64,000 nucleotides of DNA, from positions 21,576,001 to 21,640,000 of the forward strand of contig NC_082710.1 in the NCBI RefSeq assembly GCF_030144855.1, in the 5' to 3' direction. Position 1 is the stretch's first letter, and every line of letters begins with the position of its first letter. Origin of the DNA: Hypanus sabinus (taxonomy: Eukaryota). The position numbers and the translations under genes were made by a program. Shown one piece after another: positions 28,089 through 41,894 of the stretch. The notes under the pieces are model-generated. The model did not search any database and was not told the origin of the DNA. It saw only the letters and a program-made list of their open reading frames with translations.

Positions 28089-28303
28089 TGTGGCAACCCA
28101 CTTTCTGCGCAGGCGAACCGGCTCACAAATAGCCAGCACGCGGGGGGAGACCTTGGTAATGCACCTCTGATGTCATTTCCGCCCGGAGAGGGCGGGCGCT
28201 AGGGATTTAAATACCAGCACCGCAAAGTTTGAATAAACTAGTCGCGAAACGACTTATCGACTGCGTGTTGTTATTTCAGCGCTGTGTGTAGCACATCGCT
28301 ACA
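28089..28303 (+). repeat. 3' LTR, preceded by a G-run polypurine tract (28077-28085)
   Basis: tgtggcaaccc...catcgctaca followed by the AGAC TSD. Confidence 0.95.
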
Positions 28304-28384
28304 AGACAACAAATAATTTTGTAAGCAAAGGTTGAAATGTTCAGCAGCAAGCTCATTCATACATTCATTCAAAACAAAAACAAG

Positions 28385-28525
28385 AGATTTCTGGATATTA
28401 AGGAAAACGGGGGATATGGACAGTGATGGAAAATAGCTTTGAGATAAAATATCAGCCATAATCTCAATGGATAGCGGAACAGCTTGAAGGGCCAAATGAC
28501 CCCACCTGCTCCCATTTCTAATGTT
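28385..28525 (+). mobile_element. CR1 3' end
   Basis: agatttctggatattaagg..atcagccataatctcaatgg..gaagggccaaatgacc. Confidence 0.65.
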
Positions 28526-29099
28526 TTTTTTTGTAAACTGGTAGCTCAACATCCCTTCAAAGAACAAAGACATCGGAGACAATATAATCAATGGAATAAT
28601 GTAAAATTCTCCTTAATTTATCCAAATACTTAGCCAGTTTTTGCCATGATCATTTCACCAATAGAGGCAAACAGCTTGAAACATGATTTCTGCTACTTCA
28701 GTCATTTACAAATAGTTTTGCAACAAGGGTCTAGTATCCTTGTTCTATAATGTTCATATTTCACCATACAGGCTGTGATGCATTAAAGCAATGATCTAGC
28801 TTACCACCCTGTAGCTCTATAAAAAAAAACTCTTAATTGATGACTTTTAACATAAAAATGCTTCATTTAATGGCTTTTCAGTAATTTCTTCTATATTTAC
28901 CATAGTGCGTTCTCCATATCTTCAAGATGAATACCAAGTTCTAAAATTACTGAAGAGTTTCAAATCCTTTAAGTTATTCAACTGGCTTGGACTGAAATGT
29001 TCAGTAATCCATCCAAAAATTAAGGGTTAAAACATAGTTGACTTTATTCGGCTTTAAACATACTCATCAGATTTCTGAATGAACAATGAACCCATGAAC

Positions 29100-29415
29100 G
29101 CAAAAGGATTAAATGGCTTGTCATATGAAGAGCATTTATTAGATCTTGGCCTCAGAATAGAGGAGCATCCTTTTAGAACACAGATGAGGAGAATTTCTTT
29201 TAGCCAGAGAGTAGTGAATCAGTGGAATTGTTTACCATAGGCTGTGGAGGCCAAATCTGTATGCATATTTAAGGCAGAGGCTGATAGATTCTTGATGGGT
29301 CAGGGCATGAAAGGATGCAGGGTGGGGGAGCAGGAGCTTGGGGCTGAGAGTAAAATTGGATCAACCACAATGAAATAGCAGAGCAGACTCAATGGGCTAA
29401 ATGATCTAATTCTAG
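29100..29415 (+). mobile_element. CR1 3' end with internal deletion
   Basis: GLSYEE..LG followed by LRIE.HPFRT.MRRNFFSQRVVN and FKAEADRFL. Confidence 0.8.
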
Positions 29416-30429
29416 TTTCTGCTCCAGAAACTTCAGTAAGTTTCTGAAGACTTACTTTATTTAACAATTAATAATAATACCACGAATTGTAAAGAAATGG
29501 AACAATAAGCAATGAATTTTAAGTATTCCAGATCAGATCTGAAAGTGTTAGAATGTTAAGGTGAAACTCATACTGGGCCAATCCTTGCCTACTGTCTGTA
29601 CCTTCAAATATCTTCAAATTACTCTGTACACTTTGTTTCATGACAGACAGCTTGCCTATATCATATTTATCGTTATAATTTTGGAAGTCTCTTTGCTTTC
29701 CTACTGCCCGATAATTTAGCATAGTTAGCACAATATAAGAACTAGCTATGCCCTGGATGAATTAGCTGTTTCGCTGTTGACTTAAAGACACTGTTTGGGC
29801 ACTTACTGCTGACTTTAACACTGAGCATGATATTCCAGTATTTCTTAAGAGTTCTGCAAACAACTTCTCTGAGAAGTCTAAACAAACCTCTGATATCCTA
29901 ATAGTCAGCAGTTTTACAATCCCAAACCTCAAGATGTTACTACCCTTATATAACTTTTGATTCTGGTTTCAACCTCTTATCAGATCTTTTCTATTTGTTT
30001 CTTGATGGAATGGTATTTCTTTATTGATCTTTTCTTTGACAAGCATTTGTAATTACTTGGTGTAGGGAAAGGAAATAGACAATAAAGTTTTATGTGTAAA
30101 CAACAGGTGACTCTTTATCTTCAGGCTGAGAATTTTTGTCTTCTTGTTGAAGCCTAAATGCCTGAAGGTATTCAGCATATTCTTAACAAGAAGGGTGGGT
30201 CAATATTACTTATGACTATTCTTTTTTCATTTTGATTAATGTACATAATCCCTGACTAGTGCACATAAAAACACTGAAGAATGGAATTGCCACTAGACAA
30301 TTTTCTTTTGTAAATGGACTACATTAAGAAAACATGTCAACAGGAAAAATTTAAGAAATACTTTTTAAAAAGGCAATGTCACTTTGATGACCACGAATAC
30401 TGCAATTGGGACTTAAATGATTTCATAAA

Positions 30430-30850
30430 TTTAAGAGAATGAGAAGGTTCCTGCAACCTTCTGCAGATGTACGGTGAAGAGCTGGTTGCACAATGTGCAG
30501 GATCAAAAAAGGCTGCAGTGAGTTGTACTCTCAGCCAGCTCCATCAGAGACACAGCCCTCTCCATCATTGAGGACATCTCCAAGTGGCGGTGTCTGTGGA
30601 AGGCAGTATCCATCATTAAAGACCCTCAACATCTGGGCTATTCCCTCTTCACATATTTTAGGAACCTTCCTCACTACCATCAGATTTCTGAATGGTCCAT
30701 GAACCCAAGAGCACTATCTCATTATTCCTCTTTTGCACAATTTATTTGTTTTTGTAACTTACAATAGTTTTTATGTCTTACACTTTACTGCTGCTACAAA
30801 ATATCAGATTTCATTACATACGTCAGTGGTAATACATTAAACTCTAATCA
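30430..30850 (+). mobile_element. Rex1/Babar 3' fragment
   Basis: Homologous to 35230-35480 and 59660-60010 (tccatcattgaggacatct..catcattaaagaccct..accatcagatttctgaatgg). Confidence 0.7.
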
Positions 30851-31049
30851 GTTTTAACAATTTTATTTAGATATATTGGGCTCCTTAAACACAATTTATA
30901 CATTTGAAATTCTGATGCTGCTAAAGATGATGAGCAAAATAATCTGGCATATTTACAGAGTCCAAGAAATGTTGATATTTTGAAGTGTTGATATTTTAAG
31001 GTGATTGAGATCCTTTCAAATAAAAATTCTGGAGTACCCTAATGTTCTC

Positions 31050-31420
31050 CTTGACTAACCCTTGGGACCGAGGTTCTATTCCTGTTCTCTGGGTTCTGAG
31101 AAGAATGAGAAGACATTTGCTCGTCTGTAGACTATGCTGCAAGTAGTGCAGGAGGTGGATAATGAAGAGAGTTGTCTGGATGATGACACACTCCTTCAGC
31201 CCTTTATGCTGAGCAAACTAACAAATGCATAATGACGATTTTATATTCCATACAAAACTTTCCTTCTCAATTTTAATTGACCACGGGTCATGAAATCAGT
31301 GGAGCTGCAACAGCTTTCAGAGGAGGTTTGAAGGATATCCTTAAATCTGTTAATCTGTTTAGGTTGTAGCCTATTACTATAACAGAGGTAGAAACTGATT
31401 GATTACTTTGCAATCTGGTG
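31050..31420 (-). mobile_element. Degraded RTE LINE 3' end
   Basis: The reverse strand gives RFKDILQTSLKA-like and zinc-finger-like residues. Confidence 0.45.
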
Positions 31421-31429
31421 CTGCCCCTA

Positions 31430-31936
31430 GGTATGCAATTCGGTGAGCCCAGAGTTTAAGGCCTGGAGTTCAGGGTCCTGTCATCAAAGAGTCCAGGGGT
31501 CAATACCAAATATCAAAGTTCGAAGGTCAATGGGGAAACTCGGAAGTCAAGGCCTATGGTCGAAAATCTGGTCTGTGAATCTGTGAGTCCACTGGGGAAG
31601 TCGGAGCCCAATGTCTGTGAGTCTGCAAGTCTACTGGAGGCTGGAGGCCCATAAACAGCCTAAATGGGGTTGGAGGACGGTTTGTGTGTGTGATGGATGA
31701 GTAGGTAGGATGGAAGAGGGGTGCTTGTTTTACTGTTGCTTTGCTGCTGTTCTGTTGTTGTTGCTTGTGTTGTTCTGCTGAAAACTGTTGGCATGCTATG
31801 TTGGTGTTGGAATCTACGGCACCACTTGTTGGTTTCTCCCATCACATCCTTAGGCTGTGTTGGTTGTTAACACAAACAATACATTTCATTATATGTTTCA
31901 ATATACATATGATAAATGGATGAATCTGAATTTGAA
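31430..31936 (+). mobile_element. Non-autonomous LINE-tailed repeat (TCTGAA-type tail)
   Basis: GC-richer body ending in gataaatggatgaatctgaatttgaa, similar to the tail of 61891-62525. Confidence 0.45.
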
Positions 31937-32109
31937 ACTACTAATAGGCTCTAAACTAACACTGTGAATATGACTTCATCTCATTTAATAATACTGTCAG
32001 ATCAGTGATACAGCTCTTTTGGTGAACATATCAGTTTCACAAACCAATTGCTTTATAATGCCATAATTTTCAGACCAAACTGGGGATTATCTCAGCTTCA
32101 CCAGTTTAC

Positions 32110-32376
32110 TGCAGAAACTCAATACATAATTGTATGCAGACGTGTTCCTCGAGGTTCAGTTGTTGTTCAGACCAAACATCAGAATGGGAAAGAAATGTGA
32201 TCTAAGTGACTTTGACCGTGGAATCATTGTTAGTGCCGGATGGAGTGCATTGGGTATCCCAGAAAGTGTTGATCTCCTGGGATTTTCACACACAATAGTC
32301 TCTGGAGTTTACAAAGAATGCAGAAGACCACGAACATAAAATCAGGTGCAACCTAATTAAGTGGCCACTGAGCGTA
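32110..32376 (+). mobile_element. Tc1/mariner remnant, internally deleted, with right TIR and TA
   Basis: MGKKCDLSDFDRGIIV..LGIPESVDLLGFSHTIVSGVYKEC (Tc1 HTH N-terminus), then caggtgcaacctaattaagtggccactgagcg-TA. Confidence 0.85.
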
Positions 32377-35054
32377 CGTGACGAGAAATTTATTGTTGAA
32401 ATAGTAAATTATGAATGATTAACCTTACTTTAAAACATTGCTGACCAAAACAGACAGATATTCATGAGTACCATCTGTAATCCACTACAGAAGTGAAAAT
32501 GCAAATTGGATTAATTTACATTACTTCACTATCTAAGAAACAAGATCAAATGTTCTGGTATTATTAACCACAGTTCTAACTGATTTAAGAATTGTTACTG
32601 TCAGAATATATAACTATAAATATTTTGTTAAAGCATTTAACTATTTAAAATCATAAACGTTGTACTCCTAGGGACATGTATACATTAATCATTACTGGGT
32701 TGTAAACTTTCAGCGTATTTCAAATAGTTAACATTTAATTGTTCCATTGGCTTAATTACATAAGATTTTTGAGAAATTTCAGATAAGAAGCTATCAAAGG
32801 GATCTCAAAACTTTCTATTCCTTAAAACTGATTGTACTCAGCAATTGCCAAAAATCTGCAAATAGGTGCAACAAATGACAATTACTGGATTTCTGAAAAA
32901 AAGATCAACAAACATCTGGCAGTCAGAGGTACTCAGCAGTTTGAAGGCAACAGCATTGCTTTTTGTACTGTCATTTGTTACAAAACAAATTAAAAGTCGA
33001 TGTTATTGTCATGTACACAAGTACATTTCTTAATCTGAGTTAGTTTCTCGTCAGGTCTCTATGATGATGCAATAAACAGTTAAAAGGATGTGATCATAAA
33101 ACAGTAGTCTAAATGAAGTAGCTTATATTTCACTTTGAAATTAAAACAAGAGAGTACCGGAACCCAGAATAAGTTGTTATGTATAGTATACTTATTAACT
33201 TTACGTGGAAGGTGTATGTTTTCGTTTCTATTTAGTTCAAACCACATCTGCACCCTTTGCACCAAGTGTAAGGGCATTTATCTTTGACCGATATTTGTGC
33301 TTAACACAACTAAGCAGAGTAACAATTATTGATTATTCTTTGTTGAAACCTATACCTGACATCAATGAATGACAAATGCTACAATTATTAAACAATACAT
33401 TTCAGCATAATGCAATACCATTATACCCTCAAATTTTCCAACTTCTCCATTGAAGATGAAGCATCACTTGGTGGAATTATAGTTTAAAACATTGGGCATT
33501 CTTACAGAAACATAGCAGTGTGATGTCTTAAATGGAATTTGATTTCCTGCTGGTAAAGATCAACCAAGGTAACATATTCATACTGGTGGTACTCTGAATC
33601 TGAAATCTGAATCAGATCTATTAGAAATATTAATAATATATTGCAACAATTTTATTTAACAATTCAGCTGTTAATACATTATTCCCATGCTCATCCTTCT
33701 GTGAACTTAAACTGTATTCTATTTCACAACTGTTTTTCTTATTAATCATGCTATCAGTATGGTTCTTACAAACCACAATTAATTAAGGTGAACATTTCCA
33801 AAGCCTTTTGCAAATAAATTAGCATGCTTCTCTTTTGCACATCCATATGCTATACCCAGATTCAGTCCTGTATTGTAAAATCCTGTTTTACTCCAGCAAA
33901 GCTTTCAAACAGACCACTTTTGCAAAACGTCAATATTAATCCATTTCATATCAACCTGAGAATAAAAAACTTAAGTTATCACCAACCTTTCTTGTGCGAA
34001 TAGAAACTCCGAAACTGTGGCTTTTTTTTAAAGAAGAGCAAATAAGACTTAAAAACGCTTCCATATTTAGCTATAAGAGTTAAGGTTTTCTTATAAAAGG
34101 AGAAACAAAGTATTTTAAACCACAAATACTTGAATGCATCTTCCTGCTGAGTTAGTGAGTTTAGCAAAGACCTAGTTTTTACTCTTGTCCACTTGAGGTG
34201 GACTATACATCAAAGTACATCAATGCAATCTAATGACTGATGCATTTTCTCCTCCATGACCAGTGTTGAGGACAGAAAGAAAAGCTTCTCACATAAACCC
34301 TTTGCCTCGTTTGATCATTGGGAACTTTTGATCTGATGCTGGGCAAGTTTTAGTAATTACTTTGCTTTTCCAAACATTTCCCTCATGTGGCAGATAGAAT
34401 AAAGGCCATCAAACAGACCTCCAATACAGCCTGTGGGCCATGACATGAAATCAGAAGAACAGCCCTAGCTCTCATTATTTCCAATTCAATTTCTTTTGTT
34501 ATGAGATGTTGGGCCTAAGAAGATACAGTAGAAGAAAAGAATTATTGTGGCTAGTGGACCAAGTCATCTTTATTCTCATTGTATTTAGCTCTTTTCAATA
34601 TAAGCAGTTCTTAAAAATCTTGTTAACTTAGTTATAACTACTACTAGATGATTAACTTCTATCTGCATTGGCTAATTTTTGAAAAAGAAATCTAATCAGT
34701 TGGACAAAGGTTATTAGAAAATTTATAATACAACAGCAAACCCTTTCTGAACTATTGTAGACTTGGAACAAAAGGTTTTCAGAGAGGTTTTCTGGCAGAC
34801 ATCATCAGGCAGACACAAACGTTTAAATTCAATAGATTAATGAGAATAAACCATGGATAGTTTTCACCAATGCCAGGCTCTCCCAAATTTCTTATATCGT
34901 GTCAAAACCTTTTTTAAACTTGAAAGATTTGTCTGCAGTGTGAGACAAATTACTAAGCATCCAATTTTTCACAGTTTTTGTTCTCTACATAAATTTGACT
35001 TGCTCATCAAAGCAACATATGTAGACAAAAGAACACACACCAGTCCTCAGTGAG

Positions 35055-35480
35055 GAATCAGAAGATGGGAAGGGTGAGCAGTTTCAAGTTCCTGGGAGTC
35101 AACATCTCTGAGAATTTATTCTGTGCCCAACATATTGATGCAATTACAAAGAAGGCATAATAGTGGCTATATTTCATTAGGAGTTTAAAGAGAATTGGTA
35201 TATCACCAAAGAAACTCACAAATTTCTTCAGATGTACCGTGGAGAACATCCAGGACACCTTTAAAAAGCGATGCCTTAAAAAGGAGCATCCATCATTAAT
35301 GACCCCCACCACCCAGGACGTGCCCTCTTCTGCCATCAAGCAGGAAGTACAGAAGTCTTCAGGCTCAACCTTACATGAACAGCTTCTTCCCCTTCACCAT
35401 CAGATTTCTGAATGGACAATGAATCCATGAACACTACCTCAGTATTTTTTCCCACTCATCCTGCACAATTCATTTAACTT
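35055..35480 (+). mobile_element. Rex1/Babar 3' fragment
   Basis: RVSSFKFLGVNISE.L..AQHIDAITKKA..LYFIRSL motif in DNA; 3' UTR follows. Confidence 0.8.
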
Positions 35481-36214
35481 ATCTATGATTCTATTATTAA
35501 GCTGTGTGCGATTGGAACCTGTGATTTACATTTTGATAGTGTGTTTTTGGGCCAATTGAGTGATTTGGCACTTTGCTATCCCCAAGGGACTTCAGTGAGG
35601 CTTGGAGCGGAGTATGTGGCCTGGAGGCTTGCTTGGACGCCTCAAGAAGGGGAGTGAGCATGTGCTTGACTCCATTGCTTCTCGCTGATTCAGGCATCAA
35701 GGAAGGTTGAACTTGATGAGGGTGAGAACAGAGGACAGGCTGGTGTTCAGCACTGTCTGCCCGCATTTGACCATTCTTCCTCTCCCTCTCTCTAGCTGCT
35801 GTTGGAAGAATGCGCAAGAATCTTGAGATCCATGTTGCAAGGATTGATCAGCAAACTATGGACTCATTTTGGGATCTTTGAGGTTCATGCTTCATACGTT
35901 TCTGGATTATGGTTGTGTTTATTTTTGCCATTTTTGAGTGGTTTGATTGGGGCGATCAGATGATAAGTTTTTGAACTTATGAAGCTTTTCTTTTTTTTGA
36001 ATGAAAGCCTGAGTATCCTTGCCTTGAACTCAAAATTTAAATAAGAAACACCTTTGATTGCTTTGAATTGCAGCTGCATAGTGAATTATTTTTGCAAAGG
36101 CCTCTTAATTTTAACTGACTCAGCATTATGATCACAGTGAATACAAACTTCATTACTCGCTAACAGTATATATTTATTTCTTGTAAATTTCAAAATACAG
36201 AATTGCAATTTATT

Positions 36215-37230
36215 CATTTCATTTTTCAATCTTTCTATTGATTTTCAAATAAAGAATATACAAATTGGAGGAGTTTAGCAAATAGATAAAATAAAAGACA
36301 TATAAACAGCAATAATAAAAACAGAAAGTATATAATGTCAAAATCAAATAGGTAAAATATTATGCTGTTATATATATAATGGTCAAAACAAAAACTGCAA
36401 CTCCTCATAGCAATCATTAAAAAAAATTGGAAATTTTATTGATAAAGAAAAAAAAACCACTAACTAAACTGAAACCAAAAAAAAAGAAAGAAAAGGAAAG
36501 AAAAAGAAAGATTGGGCAGTCTAATTGAGGATAAAATTAGAAAAAAGAGAGAAAAAAAACACATCCTTCCAGTCATCTCCGAACCTTCATGGACAAGGAT
36601 TTTCCCCAAAGAGAATAAAGAAAAATAAATAAATTAAAATAAATTAAATCATATGAAAATATTGAATAAAGGGTCGCCAGACTTGTTCAAAATTAAAGGA
36701 TGTATCAAATGTCCAGCTTCTAATTTTCTCCAAGCTTAGACATGGCATAATGTAGGAGAGCCAATAGAAAACAGTAGGTGGGTTAGATTCTTTCTAGTGT
36801 AGCAAAATAGCTCTTCCAGCCAATAAAGTTGAAAAAGCTATCACATGTTGGGCAGAAGCAGACATTTTGCTTGCTTCCTCTGGAATAATCTCAAAATTTG
36901 CTTTAAGTGGATTAGGTTGAACATCCATATCTATAACTTTAGATAATATTCCAAACACATCCCTCCAAAAATTATTTAAACTTACACATGACCAAAACAT
37001 ATGAGTAGCCACTTCTGCGTTACATCTGTCACAAATAGGTCTTATATTAGGAAAAATATGTGCCAATTAATCTTTGGACATATGGGCCCTGTGTACTATC
37101 TTAAACTGAATTAAGATATGGTGCGTGCAGATAGATGAATTATTGACTAAATAATAAATTTTACTCCATTGATTATCTGGAAGTGAATGTTGAAGTTCTA
37201 CTTCCCAGGTGCGTTGAACCCTATTTATTA
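36215..37230 (-). mobile_element. L1 LINE 3' end (ORF2 C-terminal zinc finger plus 3' UTR)
   Basis: ORF 36794-37066 reads IFPNIRPICDRC..THMFWSC..NFWRDVF..IAFSTLLA.RAILL; T-rich 3' UTR and A-rich tail on the minus strand. Confidence 0.88.
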
Positions 37231-38944
37231 TGAAGGGAGAGCCATTTACTTAGAATAGTTATAATGGATATAATTAGGACTGTTTATGATCTATCTTATG
37301 CAAATGATTTAACAGTAGATATGAAATTAATTGAAGTAAAACTCTGTAACTTACACAATTGTTGAAGAACCTCTGCCTGCATTGTTCTGGACATCCCTTT
37401 GTTATATTCCCTTTTTTCAAAAGTTAAGATTACCAGCATTCTACAAAAGCAGGTTTTAATATTACAAAACATAACTGACATATAATTTTCCTCACAAGAT
37501 TTTTCAGATACTATTTTTTGAAAAGGTGATATTCATAAATAATAATGAAAATAATAATAATACACATTGAACTTCCAGCAACGTGGACATTATTTTCAAT
37601 TTCATTTATTTGGAATATAAGGAATAAGGATTCAAAAGCTACCATGATTCCTTTTTTTGTGCTTCAGGTGCAAAACATAGAAATTGCATCCTGAATCAAG
37701 CAACAATTCTGTATCAATTCTACTCTAATAATTTGGCAATTAAACAATGTAATACTTTGATTGTTATAATAGCAGTTATTTTGCATTAATTTTTACTTTC
37801 AATTATAAACTGTGGCTGAACTATAAAATTTCAATCATAAAAGTTGGAACCCTGGTGCTCATAAGATGTTCCAGTTTAACAAACTAAGTTTAATCTATGG
37901 AAAAAAGTAAGAAACTGAGCTTAAATGACTCTCAATCATTTCCAAGACTGTCTCATTGTCGCTGCCACTAGTATTTGAATATCTCCTTTTTTTTTGTCAA
38001 GCAATCTGAACCTAACAGTTTCACAAGGGCACTGTAATTTAATCCCATACATTCTGCTTGGCAGTGATTTCAACATTCAATAATTTCTTTGAGTATTAAT
38101 GAGCATTGGTAAGCTACAAGTCTGTGAAGATTCCAAGGACTCTTTCATCTTCAATTTTAACTATTTTCATTTTATTCACAAACATTTAAATCACCACACT
38201 TTTTTTTCACTGTATAGAACTGAAATTACATTATCTTCCACCAATTCAAAAAGAAGATTAAAAGAGCAGCTTTCCCGGTGAGTGCAATGTACCATAATGT
38301 TAATTAGACATGAACTTGAAAGATTAAGAAACAAAAGACTTAGCTACATTAAAAAGTAGCAAAGCTTGATATAGAGATTTTCAATAATTTCAATATTCCA
38401 AAAATCAATTTGACAATATGTAGAAATATGAAAACTATATCATTTGAAATATATTAGTATCTCAGTATTAGAAATGTCAAATAAAACTCAAAACTATTTT
38501 TGCTTCAGTGAAAGTTTGCAGTGACAGTCCTAACACAGTGCATGTTTTAGTTAATTCGAAAAAAAAATTATTGCAAAAAAGCCAATCTCTACAAACTGTT
38601 CTATCACAGGTAAGGAAATTGTAGATACATTGATCATAATTTCTGAAGCTCTTTAAACTTTAATATACCTTCACATTCAAAAGTCACGTGTGACTGCAGA
38701 AACAAAAGACTCTCAAACTCAGTTTAGCATCAAGTGTACGGAAAGCTTACATTCTTCTAATTAATGTCTTTCATAGGCTCAATGCAACCAATTATCAACT
38801 TTTAAAATGTAGTCCAGGTTCTGACATAGAAGACATAGCAATTAATATATGCTAAGCAAACATAACCAATAGGAATGTGATCATAATCAGCACATCTTTT
38901 TTCTCATGAAATGGATTTCAAGACACTGATATAGGGAAAAAATT

Positions 38945-39420
38945 AAAAAATCATTACACCATTCAGCACCTGCTGCTTATTCTGCCATTTAGTAAGATTA
39001 TGGTTCTTTTTTTTACCTTAATGGCACTTTCCTGTCCAAATCCTATATATCCTATCATAAACAAGAGAAAATCTGCAGATACTGGAAATCCAAGCAACAC
39101 ACACAAAATGCTGGAGGATCTCAGCAGACCAGGCTACATCTCTGGAAAAGAGTACAGTTGATGTTTCCAGCCGAGACCCTTCAGCAGTCCTGCATTTTGT
39201 GTGATCCTATAAATTGGCTTATTCCAATAATGTCTAAAACTCCGCTTTGAATATATTCAACAACATAGCCTCCACAGCCCTGTTGGGTAAATAATTCTAA
39301 AGAATCACTTTTACGTGAATAAAGAAAGTTCTTCCTAGATTACCTTAATTTTCACACGACCCCATTCTAGATATGCGACACAGAGGAAACAAAATCTCCA
39401 TTTACCCTACTAAGCACCAT
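38945..39420 (-). mobile_element. Degraded CR1 3' end with a Penelope pLTR insertion at 39058-39203
   Basis: CR1 tail motifs on both sides; pLTR unit aaacaagagaaaatctgcagat...gagacccttcagcag. Confidence 0.65.
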
Positions 39421-41894
39421 AAGAAAACAATACAGTGTTTTAATCTTTTAAATCATGCCATGGAATATGTGAATTTTGAGTGCATTGTCTATGAATCTGA
39501 CTTAAATATCCTGCGTGTAGAAGATTGAGTAATCTACTTGTATTAATTATAATGAATCAAGGATTCAATAAAATAGATGAAAAAATAAAATATTTCCTCT
39601 AGTGTGGAAATCCATCTTTTAGCAGCATAATCTGAAAATCAGAGGAGGAACTTTCAATCATCAAATTAAGAACACTGTTCTCTATCTATAAAAGGGTGAA
39701 ATCTGGAATTCACTTCCAAAAATACTTGTGGAAATAGAATCGACCTGAAACTTCAAGGTTTAGTTTTATTTTAGTTATGAAGTAAATGGCACTGAGGCAC
39801 AAATTACCTATGATCTGATTTAAAATTAGACAGTCTCATGGTGGTAAATGGGCAAATTTACTTAGGTTATAGCAAGCCCCTTGACTGGAGCATAATTTTA
39901 AAAAATTCTAAACTCTAAAAGTTTCTATTTGTGATCGATCTATTTTGATCCATTCCATGCAAACAGGAACTATATATGACAATTGGAATAAAACTTGCAC
40001 AAAGTGATTGATGGATTATATTTCTAAAAGAAGCATTACAAAACATTTAACTAAGTAGCTGTAAAATTAAGGTCAAGGCTATAATAACAAACTGAAAGTG
40101 GTTCTGTCTAACATTATCTTCTCACTCATAAGAGACATTGATTTTCCTCAAGCTTGCACTATTATATGACAAATTGATTTTCTTGAAAGCAAGGCAGTAC
40201 TTGTCATTTATCAATCAAACAGGTAATGCAGGACGATTGTGATTTAGACATTGCCCTGTACCAGAGGTTGTAAAAAAAATGCTTCTGATGGATTAAGAAT
40301 TCCTGTGAAAAGAACATGGGCACCTGAGTAAAATGTGCTTGTGATTTTTCAATATATAATATCAGTCAACTTCATTAGCTTAGTTTATGTTGAATGACCT
40401 GACATTTTCATTTTTCAGATTACCACAAAGCTTATGGTGACTTTATGGCCACTAAGGCACCTTAACAAAAAGAACAATTTTGCCCTTTTAGTCTAGCATT
40501 TTGTCAACAGAATGCATACTGCACAAGAATGACATACTAATTATGACAACTCTGTCACTACTGATGTGGGAGTTAATTGTACTTTATGATTTGACGTTAT
40601 CGAATTGCAAGGTAATGCAGAAATTCAAAGGGTAGAGACAGATTTCTTTTCATTGTAATAACAAATAATTGGCAATCTATATTTGACATTCTGAAAATAT
40701 CCCAAGTTAATTGTTAGCTAGTGAGTCATTTTCTAAGTGAACTTCCTGTAATTAAGGCAAATATAGTTACCACTTCTCACACACTAAAATCCCACAAGTA
40801 GTCTGCAAAGGTGACCGAGAGCTTTCAGCTGTTTGTGACTTTAAACCTCCATCCTGCTCCAACTGAGAGGTACAGAGGTTTGGTTACCAGGCCTGTAATG
40901 CAGTCACTTGAAAGATCAATCCAAAGTCTGGTTCAAATACAATCACAGCAGCTGGAATTTCAATTCAGTTAGGGAACTGAAGTTTGAAAATCACAATCGG
41001 CTCAGGAATCGGCTCAAAAGTGGTCGCAAGTTCACTTATATCCTTAATGAGAGGAAACCTATATTCCTACGAGCTTGGCCATTGTGTAACTCTATACTTC
41101 ACCTTGGTTGCCTCTGAAAAACCCATGCAAATCATACACTATCGCTAAGTTTGGATTGACCACCTCAACACCAAATTCAGAAATGACGATGCTGCTCCTA
41201 GCCCAGTCAACATAAAGGAAATGATGTCTAAATTGGGATAACTGTCACAGAATCACACCTGCCCCATGATATGGTATCACAGACTCACCTTAGTGAGACA
41301 TACAATGTCACCAAACATGCATTAAGATTCTTGACATCAGATCTCAGAAGAGCAATGATAACACCACCTGAATACAACCTGCCATTATACATCAGCTGAT
41401 GAATGAGAGCTCCTCCATGTTATACAATACTTGAAAAAAGCACTGAAAGCAGCAAAGACACAGAATGTACTCAGGGTAAGGGACAAAACTGTCCATCACC
41501 AGAAGTGGCTAGATAAAATACCAATGACCAAGCTGTCTGAATTCTGAAGGGGATAAAAAAAAACAATTACAGTAGGTAATCAGTGCGCCTATATGAGAGA
41601 AAAAATTACATCATCTGTAACAATCTACCTGTGACAGATTTGTTTGCTCATGATAGAAGTGATCAGTGCACAGTCCTTAAGGTGACAAAGTTCTAACTTC
41701 ACATCAAGGAAACCCTCAGTAGTGTTGTACAGTGATGTTGTACAGTACTGTAATCATGCAAAATTGTATAGATTCAAAATAGCTCCAGCAGCTTAAAGCT
41801 GGAGGCACTTTGGATTTTCAAAGCAACACAATGCACACTACCGCAATATTTAACCTCCTGCCTCAGTGTAGCCTTCACTTTATCATTGTTATCA

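Larger units (their letters stand above)
24120..28303 (+). mobile_element. Full-length Ty3/Gypsy LTR retrotransposon (decayed)
   Basis: Two 215-bp TG...CA LTRs, 4-bp TSD AGAC (24116-24119 and 28304-28307), PBS, PPT, and gag-PR-RT-RH-IN order. Confidence 0.97.

Noticed and set aside
29519-29731. ORF with faint Tigger/pogo HTH resemblance (KYDIGKLSV)
   Set aside because: Similarity is too weak and no TIRs were found.
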